DNA of 64,000 bases from Alphaproteobacteria bacterium (GCA_947473325.1 CANJEJ010000004.1:4060-68059); one strand, 5' to 3'. Positions 1 through 9,169 are shown, counted from the first letter of the stretch. Notes: a model not told the origin generated them from the letters alone. A program made the numbers and translations.

Positions 1-843
1 GGCGAAGATGTTGTGCAGCGCCGTGGTCGCGGTCTCGTGCATCATGATGCAGGAGACGACGAGATCGAAGGATTCGTCCGCGAAGTCCGTCTTCTCGGCA
101 TTCATCTGGTGGAAGTGCACCTTCTTGCCCAATGCTTCGGCGCGGGCATGGCCATAGCGCACGCAGGGCCCGGCCACGTCGATGGCATGCACCTCGGCAT
201 CGGGAAACACGTCGCACCACGGCAGGGTGGAGCCGCCGATGGTGGCGCCCATGTCGAGGATGCGCTTCGGCGTGAAGCCGGGATGCGCCTTCTTCAGATA
301 GTCGAAGAGCACGAAACCGCCATTGTCGTGCAGCGGCCCGCGCGAGCCCATGGCATAGATCCAGGCGCCGCGGTCAAACAACGCGCCCTGGTAGATGTCC
401 TCGTCCTCATGCTCGGTGTGGTAGTTGCCCGGCATGCTGTGAATATCGACCGCCGAGATGTAGCGCGGAATGTCGATAGCCGGATTCATGCGCAGCGAGC
501 CGAGCTTCTTGCCGCCTTTCTTCGCTTTCGCCTTGATGGCGTCGGCCTGGCGGTCGAGCGGCTCGATCACCGAAGCCCAGACCAGTTCCTGCGTGGTGCG
601 CTTGAGCGAGCTCCACATCTGGAAATAGGGCGCGCGCAGCAGCGCGTGGCGGGCTTCGGTGCGGTTCTTCAGCGGGCGCTTCTGCGCCTTCTCGAAAGCA
701 GGCGCCACTTCCTTTTCATAGACATGCCGGTTGCCGAACTGGATGTCGCTGGTCACGGCGAGGCGCATCGACTTGGCGAAATCCTGCCGCGCCGATTCGT
801 CATGGGTGGATTCCACCAGCAGCGGATGCTGAAGCTGCCTCAT
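1..843 (-). CDS. class I SAM-dependent methyltransferase, paralog 1 (partial; C-terminus lies beyond the window start)
   Basis: Minus-strand ATG at 843 with a GAGAGG SD 8 nt upstream. Manual translation gives MRQLQHPLL...FQMWSSLKRT...KLGSLRMNP...ILDMGATIGGST...VRYGHARAEALGKKVHFHQ. These motifs are shared with the two complete paralogs at 884-1987 and 18635-19762. The frame is open to the window edge. Confidence 0.6.
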   Translation of the reverse strand, partial: MRQLQHPLLVESTHDESARQDFAKSMRLAVTSDIQFGNRHVYEKEVAPAFEKAQKRPLKNRTEARHALLRAPYFQMWSSLKRTTQELVWASVIEPLDRQADAIKAKAKKGGKKLGSLRMNPAIDIPRYISAVDIHSMPGNYHTEHEDEDIYQGALFDRGAWIYAMGSRGPLHDNGGFVLFDYLKKAHPGFTPKRILDMGATIGGSTLPWCDVFPDAEVHAIDVAGPCVRYGHARAEALGKKVHFHQMNAEKTDFADESFDLVVSCIMMHETATTALHNIFA

Positions 844-883
844 GAAACGGTCCTCTCGAGAAGGCGAGAAGCGAACGGCTTTC

Positions 884-1987
884 CTATTTGCGGAAGGCGA
901 AGAAGCGGTTCTGCGGGCCGCCCTGCTTTGCCTTCTTGCGGTCGAAGCCGACGCGTTCGGCCACCGCATGACGGTCGGTGTCGATCCAGCCGTTGATGAA
1001 GGGTTCTGCCGCGTTATGCGTCATCCAGTCGAAGAAGAAGCTTGTCGTCTGCTCCATGCCGTTGCGGTCGGGGATGTCGTCGAGGAACATGACGCCGCCC
1101 GGCTTCAGCAGTCGATAGCCTTCGCGGAAGATGTTTTCCACGCCCGTGCGCGACGTCTCGTGGAACAGCAGGTGCGAGAAGATGAGGTCGAAGGACCCGT
1201 CCTTGAAGCGTGTCTTCTCGGCGTCCTGCTGGCTGAAATGCACCTTCTTGCCCAGCGCCTCGGCGCGGGCATGGCCATAGCGCAGCACCGGCGCGCCAAC
1301 GTCGATCGCATGGATCTCGGCATCGGGGAAGGCGTCGCAATAGGGCAGCGTGCTCTGGCCGATGGTGCAGCCGACATCGAGAATCTTCTTCGGCTTCAGG
1401 TCGGGGAACTGTTCCTTGATCCAGCTCGACGTCGCGATGCCGGGCAGGTCGCCCCATTCGCCACGGTCGGGTTCCCCAACGGTGTAGACGCGGTCCCACA
1501 GGGCACCGGCGAAGACATCGTCATGTTCCGTCACATCGACATGGTAGCCGCCGGGCTGGACGTGGATCTCGATCTCGCTGTTGTAGCGCGGCGTCACCAC
1601 CGTCGGGTCGAGTTCGAGCGAGCCGAGTTTCTGGTTCGAATCGCGATAGCGGCGCGCGGTGTCGATGAGGCGGCCGAGGTCGCGTTCGATGGCAAGGCCC
1701 GCCGCGTCCCACTGCGCTTCCCAGGTCGAACGGCGCAGCGACGACCACATCTGGATCTGCGGCTCGCTCTGCATGGCGCGGCGCAGTTCGGGGATCGTCG
1801 CCGGGCGGCCCGGCTTGTTCACCTTCGGCGCGACCTTCTTGTAGACCGCCGGGATCACCGGCTCGACCGTCTTGCGGATTTCCTGGCGCAGCGACCAGAC
1901 AAAGGTCTGGCGCGCCATTTCGTCATGGTCGGGTTGCGGCATCATGGCGTGCCAGCGCTGGCCGGCGCGGAGGGGGACTTCGGTCAT
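884..1987 (-). CDS. class I SAM-dependent methyltransferase, paralog 2
   Basis: The ORF track entry 884..2182 was trimmed to the first ATG (MTEVPLRAGQ...), which has a GGAG SD. The SAM-binding motif I is ILDVGCTIGQST; LRYGHARAEALGKKVHFSQQDAE and FDLIFSHLLFHETS are also present. It is divergent from the substrate-binding gene at 2206. Confidence 0.75.
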   Translation of the reverse strand: MTEVPLRAGQRWHAMMPQPDHDEMARQTFVWSLRQEIRKTVEPVIPAVYKKVAPKVNKPGRPATIPELRRAMQSEPQIQMWSSLRRSTWEAQWDAAGLAIERDLGRLIDTARRYRDSNQKLGSLELDPTVVTPRYNSEIEIHVQPGGYHVDVTEHDDVFAGALWDRVYTVGEPDRGEWGDLPGIATSSWIKEQFPDLKPKKILDVGCTIGQSTLPYCDAFPDAEIHAIDVGAPVLRYGHARAEALGKKVHFSQQDAEKTRFKDGSFDLIFSHLLFHETSRTGVENIFREGYRLLKPGGVMFLDDIPDRNGMEQTTSFFFDWMTHNAAEPFINGWIDTDRHAVAERVGFDRKKAKQGGPQNRFFAFRK

Positions 1988-2205
1988 CGGGAATCTCCGT
2001 GGATACAATCTGCTGCCAGCCAGTCTGGGACGGGAGAGCGCCAAAGGCAAACGCCAGAAAATGTCCAAGGCTTGGGCAATGGCCTGCCCGGCCGCCTCAG
2101 GATCACAATTTCGTGAGCAGAAAAAGGGTATACTGTCTCGCCGCTGGCCTATTCTGTCGCCCAGGCGGCCCGGTGGCCACAAACACGAAAAAACGGGAGG
2201 AAACG
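1988..2205. promoter_or_regulatory. divergent promoter region between the methyltransferase and the family-5 substrate-binding gene
   Basis: A 218-bp non-coding gap lies between divergent starts. A GGGAGG SD sits 5 nt before the ATG at 2206. Confidence 0.4.
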
Positions 2206-3750
2206 ATGAGGAAACAGACCCCCGCGCGATTCGCGCGCCTGGCCCGCCTTGCCGGCACCACCGCGCTCGCAGCCATCGCCGTCGCGGGCCTGGCGAGCCA
2301 GCCCGCCGCCGCCCAGCAGAAGACGCTGCGGATTTCGGCCTATGGCATTCCGCAGGGCCAGGGCAATCCCCACACCTCGACCGGCTCGCGCCCGACCATC
2401 TGGTGGTGGGCGCCGCTGTATGAGATGCCCAGCTTCATGGACGAAAAGGGCAACACGACGCCCTACCTGGCGACGAGCTGGGAAGCGCAGGGCAAGGACA
2501 CCTGGATCCTGAAGCTGCGGCCCAACGTCACCTTCCACAACGGCCAGCCCTTCAACGCCGAGGCGATGGCCGAGGTGATCAACTTCATCACCAGCGAAGA
2601 CGGCAAGAAGTTCCCCGTCTATGGCGAGATGCGCACGATGGTGGCGGCCCGTGCCGTCGACCCGCTGACCGTCGAGATCAAGACCTCGGAACCCGATGCC
2701 ATCCTGATCAAGAAGCTCGGCGTCCTGCGCGTCGTCGAGCCCAAGGCGTGGAAGGAAATGGGGCCGGCGGAATTCGCCAAGAAGCCGGTCGGCACCGGCT
2801 CGTTCCGCGTCACCAACTGGGGCGTCGATCGCGTGCAATACGCGGCCTTCGACAAGTCCTGGCGCAAGCCGAAGGTCGATGCGATCGAGTATGTCGGCAT
2901 CGAGGAAACCACCTCGCGCAACCAGGCCTTCCTGTCGGGCCAGGTCGACCTCGCGCTCGCGCTCAACCTCGACAACAAGCAGGCGGTGGAACGCGCCGGC
3001 GGGAAACTCGAGGCCTTCGCCATTCCGTCGGCCTGGGCAATGCCCTTCATCGTCACCGCGCCCGGCCCGCACCAGGACGTGCGGGTGCGCCGCGCGCTGA
3101 ACTACGCCGTCAACAAGCAGGCCTTCATCGATTCACTGCTCGGCGGCGCCTCCGCCGTGGTCAGCCAGCCGGCGACGCAGGGCACCTCGGGCTACCAGTC
3201 CGACATCAAGCCGTATGAATACGACCCGGCCAAGGCCAAGCAGCTTCTCGCCGAAGCCGGCTATGCCAATGGCTTCGAGATAACGGCGGCGATCACCAAC
3301 CAGGGCGGGCTTGGCGATATCTACCAGTGGGTGGCGCAGGACGTCGGCAAGCTGGGCGTCAAGATCCAGCTGCAGGAAATGCCCATCCAGGAGTTCACCC
3401 GCCGGCTGTTCAAGCAGACGCCCTGGGCGGCGACCATCTTCGGCATCGACTACGGCTCGTCGCCGACCATCGACGCGCTGCGCTCGATCAACTCGCTGCA
3501 TTCCTGCAAGTTCTTCAACGCGCATTACTGCGACCCGGATATCATGCCCACGATCGACGCCGCCAACCAGGAGTTCGACCCGGCGAAGCGCGCGCAGCTC
3601 GTGGCCCAGATCATGCGCCACTATCACGAGCAGGCACCGGCGATCTTCCTGCATGAGGTGCGCCAGTATGACGGCGTCGGCGCCAAGGTGCGCAACTACA
3701 AGCCGGTCAACATGATCATCAACTATCACGAGATCGATCTGGCGAACTGA
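2206..3750 (+). CDS. ABC transporter substrate-binding protein, family 5 (DppA/OppA-like), orphan
   Basis: The product begins MRKQTPARFARLARLAGTTALAAIAVAGLASQPAAAQQ, a signal peptide. Length (514 aa) and composition match family-5 binding proteins. A GGGAGG SD precedes the start. Confidence 0.85.
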   Translation: MRKQTPARFARLARLAGTTALAAIAVAGLASQPAAAQQKTLRISAYGIPQGQGNPHTSTGSRPTIWWWAPLYEMPSFMDEKGNTTPYLATSWEAQGKDTWILKLRPNVTFHNGQPFNAEAMAEVINFITSEDGKKFPVYGEMRTMVAARAVDPLTVEIKTSEPDAILIKKLGVLRVVEPKAWKEMGPAEFAKKPVGTGSFRVTNWGVDRVQYAAFDKSWRKPKVDAIEYVGIEETTSRNQAFLSGQVDLALALNLDNKQAVERAGGKLEAFAIPSAWAMPFIVTAPGPHQDVRVRRALNYAVNKQAFIDSLLGGASAVVSQPATQGTSGYQSDIKPYEYDPAKAKQLLAEAGYANGFEITAAITNQGGLGDIYQWVAQDVGKLGVKIQLQEMPIQEFTRRLFKQTPWAATIFGIDYGSSPTIDALRSINSLHSCKFFNAHYCDPDIMPTIDAANQEFDPAKRAQLVAQIMRHYHEQAPAIFLHEVRQYDGVGAKVRNYKPVNMIINYHEIDLAN

Positions 3751-3772
3751 TCGTCCGGTCTGTCGCGGTCGA

Positions 3773-3820
3773 GCGGGGCCCCCGGGGAGTGAATCCCCTC
3801 GCGGCCCCGCCTCTTTTCTG
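3773..3820 (+). terminator. imperfect GC hairpin followed by CTCTTTTCT
   Basis: The sequence is gcggggcccccgggga-gtgaa-tcccctcgcggccccgc followed by a T-rich run, 20 bp after the stop of the substrate-binding gene and 14 bp before the LLM start. Confidence 0.45.
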
Positions 3821-3833
3821 AGCGGGGAAGCCC

Positions 3834-4955
3834 ATGCGTTTTGGTTACATGCACCTGATGCCCTATGACGCGCTGAGCGATTCGGGCGACGACTGGCCGG
3901 TGGCGAACCGCCGCTTCGATCCGGCGACCGGCGCCGATCTCTACGACACCTATATCGAGAACATGGCCTTTGCCGAGACCTGCGGGCTCGACTGGGTCGG
4001 CTGCAACGAGCATCACATGAGCCCCTATGGGCTGATGGCGAACCCGAACATCATCGCCGCGGCGCTGATCCAGCGCACGAAGACGGCCGAGATCGCCGTG
4101 CTGGGCAGCCTGGTGCCGCTGCTGAACCCGATCCGCGTGGCCGAGGAATGCGCCATGCTCGACGTGATGAGCCGGGGCCGCGTGATCGCGGGCCTGCTGC
4201 GCGGCATCCCGCATGAATATGTCGCCTACAACGCCGCGCCCGACGAATCGCGGGCGCGGCTGGAAGAGGCGGTCAACCTGATCAAGAAATGCTGGACCGC
4301 CGAGGAACCCTTCGGCTGGGAGGGCGAGTATTACCAGTTCCGCGCCGTTTCGATCTGGCCACGGCCGTTCCAGAAGCCGCATCCGCGCATCCTGATGTCG
4401 GGCAGCAGCGAGGAATCGGCCGTGTTCTGCGCCAAGCACCACGCCATCCTGGGCCTGGTCACGCTCGGCGACGTCGACAGCGCGCGCCACCTGATCAAGG
4501 TCTACAAGGACGCCGCGAAGTCCTATGGCTGGGAGCCGACGCCCGACGACATCCTCGTCGGCATGTCCTGTTCGCTCGACAACGACGTTGACCGCGCCAA
4601 GGAGCGCATCACCGAGGGCCGCAAGTTCCTCGGCACCGTGCTGGGCGGCGGCATCCGCACCGCGCAGAAGCTTGTCGTGCAGAAGACGCGCTACTTCGAC
4701 GAGGCCAAGCGCGAGAAATGGGTCGATGCGCCGAAGCAGGCGCTCGCCGCCACCATCGACGACCTGATCGACCGCCACCTCATCCTGTGCGGCACGCCGA
4801 AGATGGTGGTGCAGCAGATCAAGGACATTCACGCCGCCATCGGCCATGGCCGCATGAACCTGAACTTCAAGGTTGGCAACGTGCCCAACGCCGACACCTT
4901 CCAGGGCCTCGCAATGCTGGGCAAAGAGGTACTGCCGCAGGTGCGCCACCTGTAG
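3834..4955 (+). CDS. LLM-class (luciferase-like) flavin-dependent oxidoreductase
   Basis: 373 aa. The product runs MRFGYMHLMPYD...GCNEHHMSPYG...LLNPIRVAEECAMLDVMSRGRV, matching the luciferase-like monooxygenase family. Confidence 0.8.
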   Translation: MRFGYMHLMPYDALSDSGDDWPVANRRFDPATGADLYDTYIENMAFAETCGLDWVGCNEHHMSPYGLMANPNIIAAALIQRTKTAEIAVLGSLVPLLNPIRVAEECAMLDVMSRGRVIAGLLRGIPHEYVAYNAAPDESRARLEEAVNLIKKCWTAEEPFGWEGEYYQFRAVSIWPRPFQKPHPRILMSGSSEESAVFCAKHHAILGLVTLGDVDSARHLIKVYKDAAKSYGWEPTPDDILVGMSCSLDNDVDRAKERITEGRKFLGTVLGGGIRTAQKLVVQKTRYFDEAKREKWVDAPKQALAATIDDLIDRHLILCGTPKMVVQQIKDIHAAIGHGRMNLNFKVGNVPNADTFQGLAMLGKEVLPQVRHL

Positions 4956-5002
4956 GAACGGTGCAGGGTTGCGCTACCATGCCCGCCGAACAGGAGGCGG
5001 AC

Positions 5003-5998
5003 ATGGCTGAGCAGACGATGCGCGCGGTGGTGGCGGAGGCCTATGGCGATCCCGACGTCCTGAAGGTCACGCGGCTGCCGGTGCCGGAACCCGGGCCGGG
5101 CGCGGTGCGCCTGCGCGTCGCCTATGTCAGCCTCAACCCCGTCGACGTCTTCGCCCGCCAGGGCCGCTGGGCCGCACCGCTGCCGCTGATTCCCGGCGTG
5201 TCGCATGACGGCGTGGTCGACAAGCTGGGCGCGGGTGTCGATGCCGGCTGGCTCGGCAAGCGCGTGCAGTCGAGCGGCAATTTCGGCGGCTGCGCCGACT
5301 ATTCCATCGCCAAACCTGGCACCTTCTCCGAACTGCCCGCCGGCATCGACTGGAAGGTGGGGGCGGTCTGGCGTGGCATGGTCGGCACTGCGTGGCATTC
5401 GGTGCACACCGCCGCCCAGGTGCAGGCCGGCCAGACCGTGGTGATTCATGCCGGCGCCGGTGCCATCGGCATCGTCATGACGCAGATCGCGCGCGAAGAG
5501 GGCGCCACGGTGATTGCGCTGTGCGGCGGCCCGGCCAAGATCGCCTTCGCCCGCCCCTATGGCGCGAAGCACTTCATCGACTATCGCGCCACCGACTGGG
5601 TGCCGGAAGTGATGCGCCTGACGAACGGGCGCGGCGCCGATGTCATCCTCGACGGCAATGGCGGCCCCGAGACGCCAAAGAACTACGACGCCATCGCGCC
5701 CAACGGCCTCGTGCTGGTGATGGGCGCGACGGCGGGGCGCGAAGGGCGCGGACCGGACGTGCCGGTCGAGCTGCTGATGAAGAAGTCCTTCAAGGTCGGC
5801 GCCATGAGCCTCAACGCGCTGGCCGCCGACCTCAAGGGCCGCGACGACGACCTGATGCTCGATGCCGTGCGCAGCGGCCGCTGGAAGATCCCCATCACCG
5901 ACGTGGTCGAACTGGAAGACGTGCCGGCGCTGCACGCGCGTTTCGAGCGCCGCGAGACCATGGGGCGGCCCATCATTCGCGTCGGTGGCGATTTGTAG
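5003..5998 (+). CDS. NAD(P)H:quinone oxidoreductase / zinc-type alcohol dehydrogenase (MDR superfamily)
   Basis: AGGAGG lies 5 nt before the ATG at 5003. MRAVVAEAYGDPDVLKV...VIHAGAGAIGIVMTQIA (Rossmann GxGxxG) is present. Confidence 0.8.
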   Translation: MAEQTMRAVVAEAYGDPDVLKVTRLPVPEPGPGAVRLRVAYVSLNPVDVFARQGRWAAPLPLIPGVSHDGVVDKLGAGVDAGWLGKRVQSSGNFGGCADYSIAKPGTFSELPAGIDWKVGAVWRGMVGTAWHSVHTAAQVQAGQTVVIHAGAGAIGIVMTQIAREEGATVIALCGGPAKIAFARPYGAKHFIDYRATDWVPEVMRLTNGRGADVILDGNGGPETPKNYDAIAPNGLVLVMGATAGREGRGPDVPVELLMKKSFKVGAMSLNALAADLKGRDDDLMLDAVRSGRWKIPITDVVELEDVPALHARFERRETMGRPIIRVGGDL

Positions 5999-6008
5999 CC
6001 GTTAGCGC

Positions 6009-7286
6009 TTGACGCAGGTCGCCGCCTGCATTCGACTGAGTCCCGCGCGATACCCTGTCGCGCTGCCCTGGGTGCCCGTGTCCGATTCAACGTCTGTTCC
6101 CGCCCCGTTGCTGCGCGACGGCGCCTTCCTGCGCCTGCTGGGTGTCGGCTTCACCGGCTCCACCCTGCGCTGGCACGAGCAGATCGCCATCGGCGTCTTC
6201 ACCTTTGCCGTCACCAATTCGGCGCTGGCCGTGGCGCTGGTGATGTTCGCGCGTTCGCTGCCCAGCCTGTTCCTCGGCGTCTTCGCCGGCCCGATCGCCG
6301 ACCGTTTCGACCGCCGCTGGCTGTTGCTGGGCGGCCAGTTCATCCTGGCCGCGAGCTGCGCCGGGCTGACGCTGCTCGCCTGGACCGGCGAAATCCAGCC
6401 CTGGCACATGGCCGTCAACGGCTTCATCAACGGCGTTGTCTTCTGCACCGAGTTCCCGGTGCGGCGCACCATGATGGGCGAGATCGCCGGCATGGACCGC
6501 ATCGGCCGCGGCATGGGCATCGACCTGACGTCCAACAACTCGACCCGTATCGTCGGGCCGGCGCTGGGCGGCCTTGTCTATGAACTGGGCGGCATCACCG
6601 GCACCTATGTCGTCTGCACCGCCGGCTACACGATCTGCATGCTGCTGATGGCGGGGCTGGTGCCGCCGCCGCGCGTGATGCTCGACCGTGCGGTCAGCAT
6701 CGGCACGCGCGTGATCGAGGGCCTGCGTTACGTGCGCAGCAACCGCGCGCTGATGGGCACCATGGCGATCACCGTGGTGATGAACATCTGGGGCTTTCCC
6801 TATGCCCAAATGGTGCCCGTGATCGGGCGCGGGGAGCTCGACCTGTCGGCCTTTCCCATCGGCCTGCTGCTGTCGTCGGAAGGGGTGGGCGCGCTGACCG
6901 GCTCGCTGCTGATCGCCGCCTATGCGCGCCAGCCGCATTTCAGCAAGCTCTACCTCTACGGCGCCCTGATGCTGATCGCCTGTGTGGGGCTGTTCGGCCT
7001 GTCGCGCATCTATGAACTGTCGCTGGTGCTGACGCTGGTCGGCGGCTTCGGCATCGCCGGCTTCAGCACGATGCAGTCGACGCTGCCCTATGTGCTGTCG
7101 GCGCCGGAGATGCGGGCGCGGGTGATGGGCGTGCTGTCGGTCGCCGTCGGCACCGGACCGCTGGGGGTGCTGCATGTCGGCCTGCTCGCCGAATGGCTCG
7201 GCGCGCCTGCCGCGCTGATGATCATGAGCCTCGAGGGCATCGCCATGCTGGCTGTGATCTTCTTCGTCTGGCGCGAGGCGCGCTAG
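6009..7286 (+). CDS. MFS transporter
   Basis: About 12 predicted TM helices and glycine-rich loops give an MFS-like topology. The start codon is uncertain (TTG at 6009; alternatives downstream). Confidence 0.7.
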   Translation: MTQVAACIRLSPARYPVALPWVPVSDSTSVPAPLLRDGAFLRLLGVGFTGSTLRWHEQIAIGVFTFAVTNSALAVALVMFARSLPSLFLGVFAGPIADRFDRRWLLLGGQFILAASCAGLTLLAWTGEIQPWHMAVNGFINGVVFCTEFPVRRTMMGEIAGMDRIGRGMGIDLTSNNSTRIVGPALGGLVYELGGITGTYVVCTAGYTICMLLMAGLVPPPRVMLDRAVSIGTRVIEGLRYVRSNRALMGTMAITVVMNIWGFPYAQMVPVIGRGELDLSAFPIGLLLSSEGVGALTGSLLIAAYARQPHFSKLYLYGALMLIACVGLFGLSRIYELSLVLTLVGGFGIAGFSTMQSTLPYVLSAPEMRARVMGVLSVAVGTGPLGVLHVGLLAEWLGAPAALMIMSLEGIAMLAVIFFVWREAR

Positions 7287-7296
7287 AGCTGGGAAA

Positions 7297-7680
7297 TCAT
7301 GTGCCGCGCCCGGACGGCGGCGTGCCGGGGCAGGGAAACGTCTCCTGCAGGAAGCGGATCACCGACAGCACGGTCATGATGTCGAGCGCGCCGGGCTTCG
7401 CCTTCGCCCAGGCGATGAAATCCGTGCGGTAGCGCTCGGTCGCATAGCTTTCCGACAGGCAGAGCGGCGGCTGCGTCATCGTCGTCGCCGCGCCCAGCAG
7501 GTAGCCCTCGCAGAAGGAATGATGAACGGCCTGCTCGCAATGGGCGATGAAGCGCGCCGTGGAATTGGGCGCATCGCGCCCCACCACTGCCTTGCCCTGG
7601 TCGTAGGCCTGGCCCCAGGCGGGGCCGGCCACGACCGCCAGGGCAAGGAGAGCGAGGCGCAGGCCGCGCGCCCGCTTCAC
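7297..7680 (-). CDS. hypothetical secreted protein with 4 conserved Cys
   Basis: The product begins MKRARGLRLALLALAVVAGPAWGQA (signal peptide). The mature domain is about 100 aa with Cys at AHCEQ, SFCEGY, PPLCLSE and FPCPG. Confidence 0.5.
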   Translation of the reverse strand: MKRARGLRLALLALAVVAGPAWGQAYDQGKAVVGRDAPNSTARFIAHCEQAVHHSFCEGYLLGAATTMTQPPLCLSESYATERYRTDFIAWAKAKPGALDIMTVLSVIRFLQETFPCPGTPPSGRGT

Positions 7681-7693
7681 CGCCTGCGCCCGG

Positions 7694-7819
7694 CTACTTC
7701 TTGCCCGGCTTCGGCTTGGCGAAGGCGCTGGTGCCGCTACTGGCGGTGACGGCCGCGGCCGGCTTGTCCTTCTTGGGTTTCTTCTTCTCGCGGTTGCTCT
7801 TCATCTGACCTTTGGCCAT
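7694..7819 (-). CDS. small lysine-rich basic protein (41 aa)
   Basis: The product is MAKGQMKSNREKKKPKKDKPAAAVTASSGTSAFAKPKPGKK. An AGGAGG SD lies 6 nt upstream. The stop is 13 nt before the downstream secreted-protein gene. It is not in the ORF track because it falls under the length cutoff. Confidence 0.35.
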   Translation of the reverse strand: MAKGQMKSNREKKKPKKDKPAAAVTASSGTSAFAKPKPGKK

Positions 7820-7939
7820 CGCATCCTCCTGTCATGCGCGGGCTGCGCATCAGCGCGACCATAGAGCAATTTCGACTTCCCGCCACGGCGATGACGCGCG
7901 ATCCTGCCTGCCGCAGTTATGATCCAGGGGGAGAATGCC

Positions 7940-8314
7940 ATGAACATCATCCGCAACCCGACCAGCGGCCACACGTTGCGCAGCGTGGAGATTCCGCCCA
8001 ATTCGCGCATCCTGTTCATCAGCGGCCAGACCGCGACCGACGACAAGGGATTCACGCCGCCCGACGCCGACACCCAGGCCGACATCGTCTATGCCAAGGT
8101 GGTTCAGACGCTGAAGGACGCCGGCATGGATGTGACCGACGTGGTGAAGACCAACCTCTACATGACCAACCCGGCCGACATCGGCGCCATCGTCAAGGCG
8201 GGCAAGAAATACTTCGGCAATCACGCCCAGGCCGGCACGCTGGTCTATGTCAGCGGGCTGGCAAAGCCCGAGGTGCTGCTGGAACTGGAGGCAGTGGCGG
8301 CGAAGAAGGCCTGA
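7940..8314 (+). CDS. ridA: RidA family protein (YjgF/TdcF/L-PSP)
   Basis: MNIIRNPTSGHTLRSVEIPPNSRILFISGQTA...LAKPEVLLELEAVA. The size and motifs are typical of RidA. Confidence 0.8.
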   Translation: MNIIRNPTSGHTLRSVEIPPNSRILFISGQTATDDKGFTPPDADTQADIVYAKVVQTLKDAGMDVTDVVKTNLYMTNPADIGAIVKAGKKYFGNHAQAGTLVYVSGLAKPEVLLELEAVAAKKA

Positions 8315-8380
8315 GGCGGCATCGCGCCCCTTGAGTCGCCCGGCCTCGTGCCCTTAGACTCGCCCCAGCTTCAACAATTG

Positions 8381-8467
8381 AGAGGAGGTGATCCAGTGTC
8401 TCATTGTCATTTTCGTGCGGTTGCCGGGACCTGGGTTATCGCCGCTGTGGTGAACAACAGCCGCTGA
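8381..8467 (+). CDS. 23-aa ORF preceded by an extended Shine-Dalgarno (13-nt perfect anti-16S match)
   Basis: agAGGAGGTGATCCa is the exact complement of the 16S 3' tail GGATCACCTCCT. A GTG start follows 7 nt later at 8396. The product is MSHCHFRAVAGTWVIAAVVNNSR, followed by hairpins and a terminator at 8512. Confidence 0.25.
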   Translation, partial: RGGDPVSHCHFRAVAGTWVIAAVVNNSR

Positions 8468-8511
8468 CCCGCGCTTCGGTCCTTCGGCACTGCCGAAAGA
8501 CGACCATGGAA

Positions 8512-8543
8512 GGGCCGCCCCGCAAGGGCGGCCCTTTTGCTTT
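8512..8543 (+). terminator. rho-independent terminator
   Basis: The hairpin is gggccgccc-cgcaa-gggcggccc followed by TTTTGCTTT. Confidence 0.55.
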
Positions 8544-8549
8544 GGCCGC

Positions 8550-9083
8550 CTATTTGTCCTGCGCGGCGGCCTTGAGACCCTTGCGGATCATCGTCATCGC
8601 CTTGTCGCGGTCGACCCATTTGACGATGGTCACCCACTTGCCCTTTTCCAGGTCCTTGTAGTGCTGGAAGAAGTGGGCGATCTGGTCGCGCAGGATTTCC
8701 GGCAGGTCCTTGTAGCTGTTCACGCCCTTGTAGAAGGGATGCAGCTTGTCGACCGGCACGGCAATGATCTTTTCATCCTCGCCCGCCTCGTCCGTCATCA
8801 TCAGTGCGCCGATCGGGCGGCATCGGATCACCGCGCCGGGCACCACCGGCGTCTGGCTCACCACCAGCACGTCGCAAGGGTCGCCATCGCCCGACAGCGT
8901 GTGCGGCACGAAGCCGTAGTTGGCCGGGTAGAGCATCGACGTGTGCAGGAAGCGATCGACGAAGAGCGCGCCGGACGCCTTGTCGAGCTCGTACTTCACC
9001 GGCAGGCCACCCTGCGGGATCTCGACCACGACATTGATGTCTTCGGGCGGATTGACCCCCGCCGGGATTTTCGAAAGGTCCAT
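8550..9083 (-). CDS. ppa: inorganic pyrophosphatase
   Basis: 177 aa. Canonical family-I PPase sequence is present: VVVEIPQGG..KYE, DGDPCDVLV, IIAVPVDKLHPFY. Confidence 0.9.
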   Translation of the reverse strand: MDLSKIPAGVNPPEDINVVVEIPQGGLPVKYELDKASGALFVDRFLHTSMLYPANYGFVPHTLSGDGDPCDVLVVSQTPVVPGAVIRCRPIGALMMTDEAGEDEKIIAVPVDKLHPFYKGVNSYKDLPEILRDQIAHFFQHYKDLEKGKWVTIVKWVDRDKAMTMIRKGLKAAAQDK

Positions 9084-9169
9084 GGCGGCCAGCTTATGAC
9101 GCCGCGGCCCGGCCCGTCTTCCCGCCTGCCGCGGCGCGAAAGCGCCCCGTGCCTGGTCCCCGGGCGGTA

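Noticed and set aside
13-2116. Long plus-strand ORFs 13-996 (327 aa) and 842-2116 (424 aa)
   Set aside because: These are antisense shadows of the minus-strand methyltransferase paralogs. Their translations are low-complexity and Arg/Ala/Gly-rich, while the opposite strand gives recognisable SAM-methyltransferase motifs.
8381-8395. Possible 16S rRNA fragment (AGGAGGTGATCC)
   Set aside because: It is the complement of the 16S 3' end, only about 13 nt long, with no flanking rRNA-like sequence. It is interpreted as an extended SD, not an rRNA gene.
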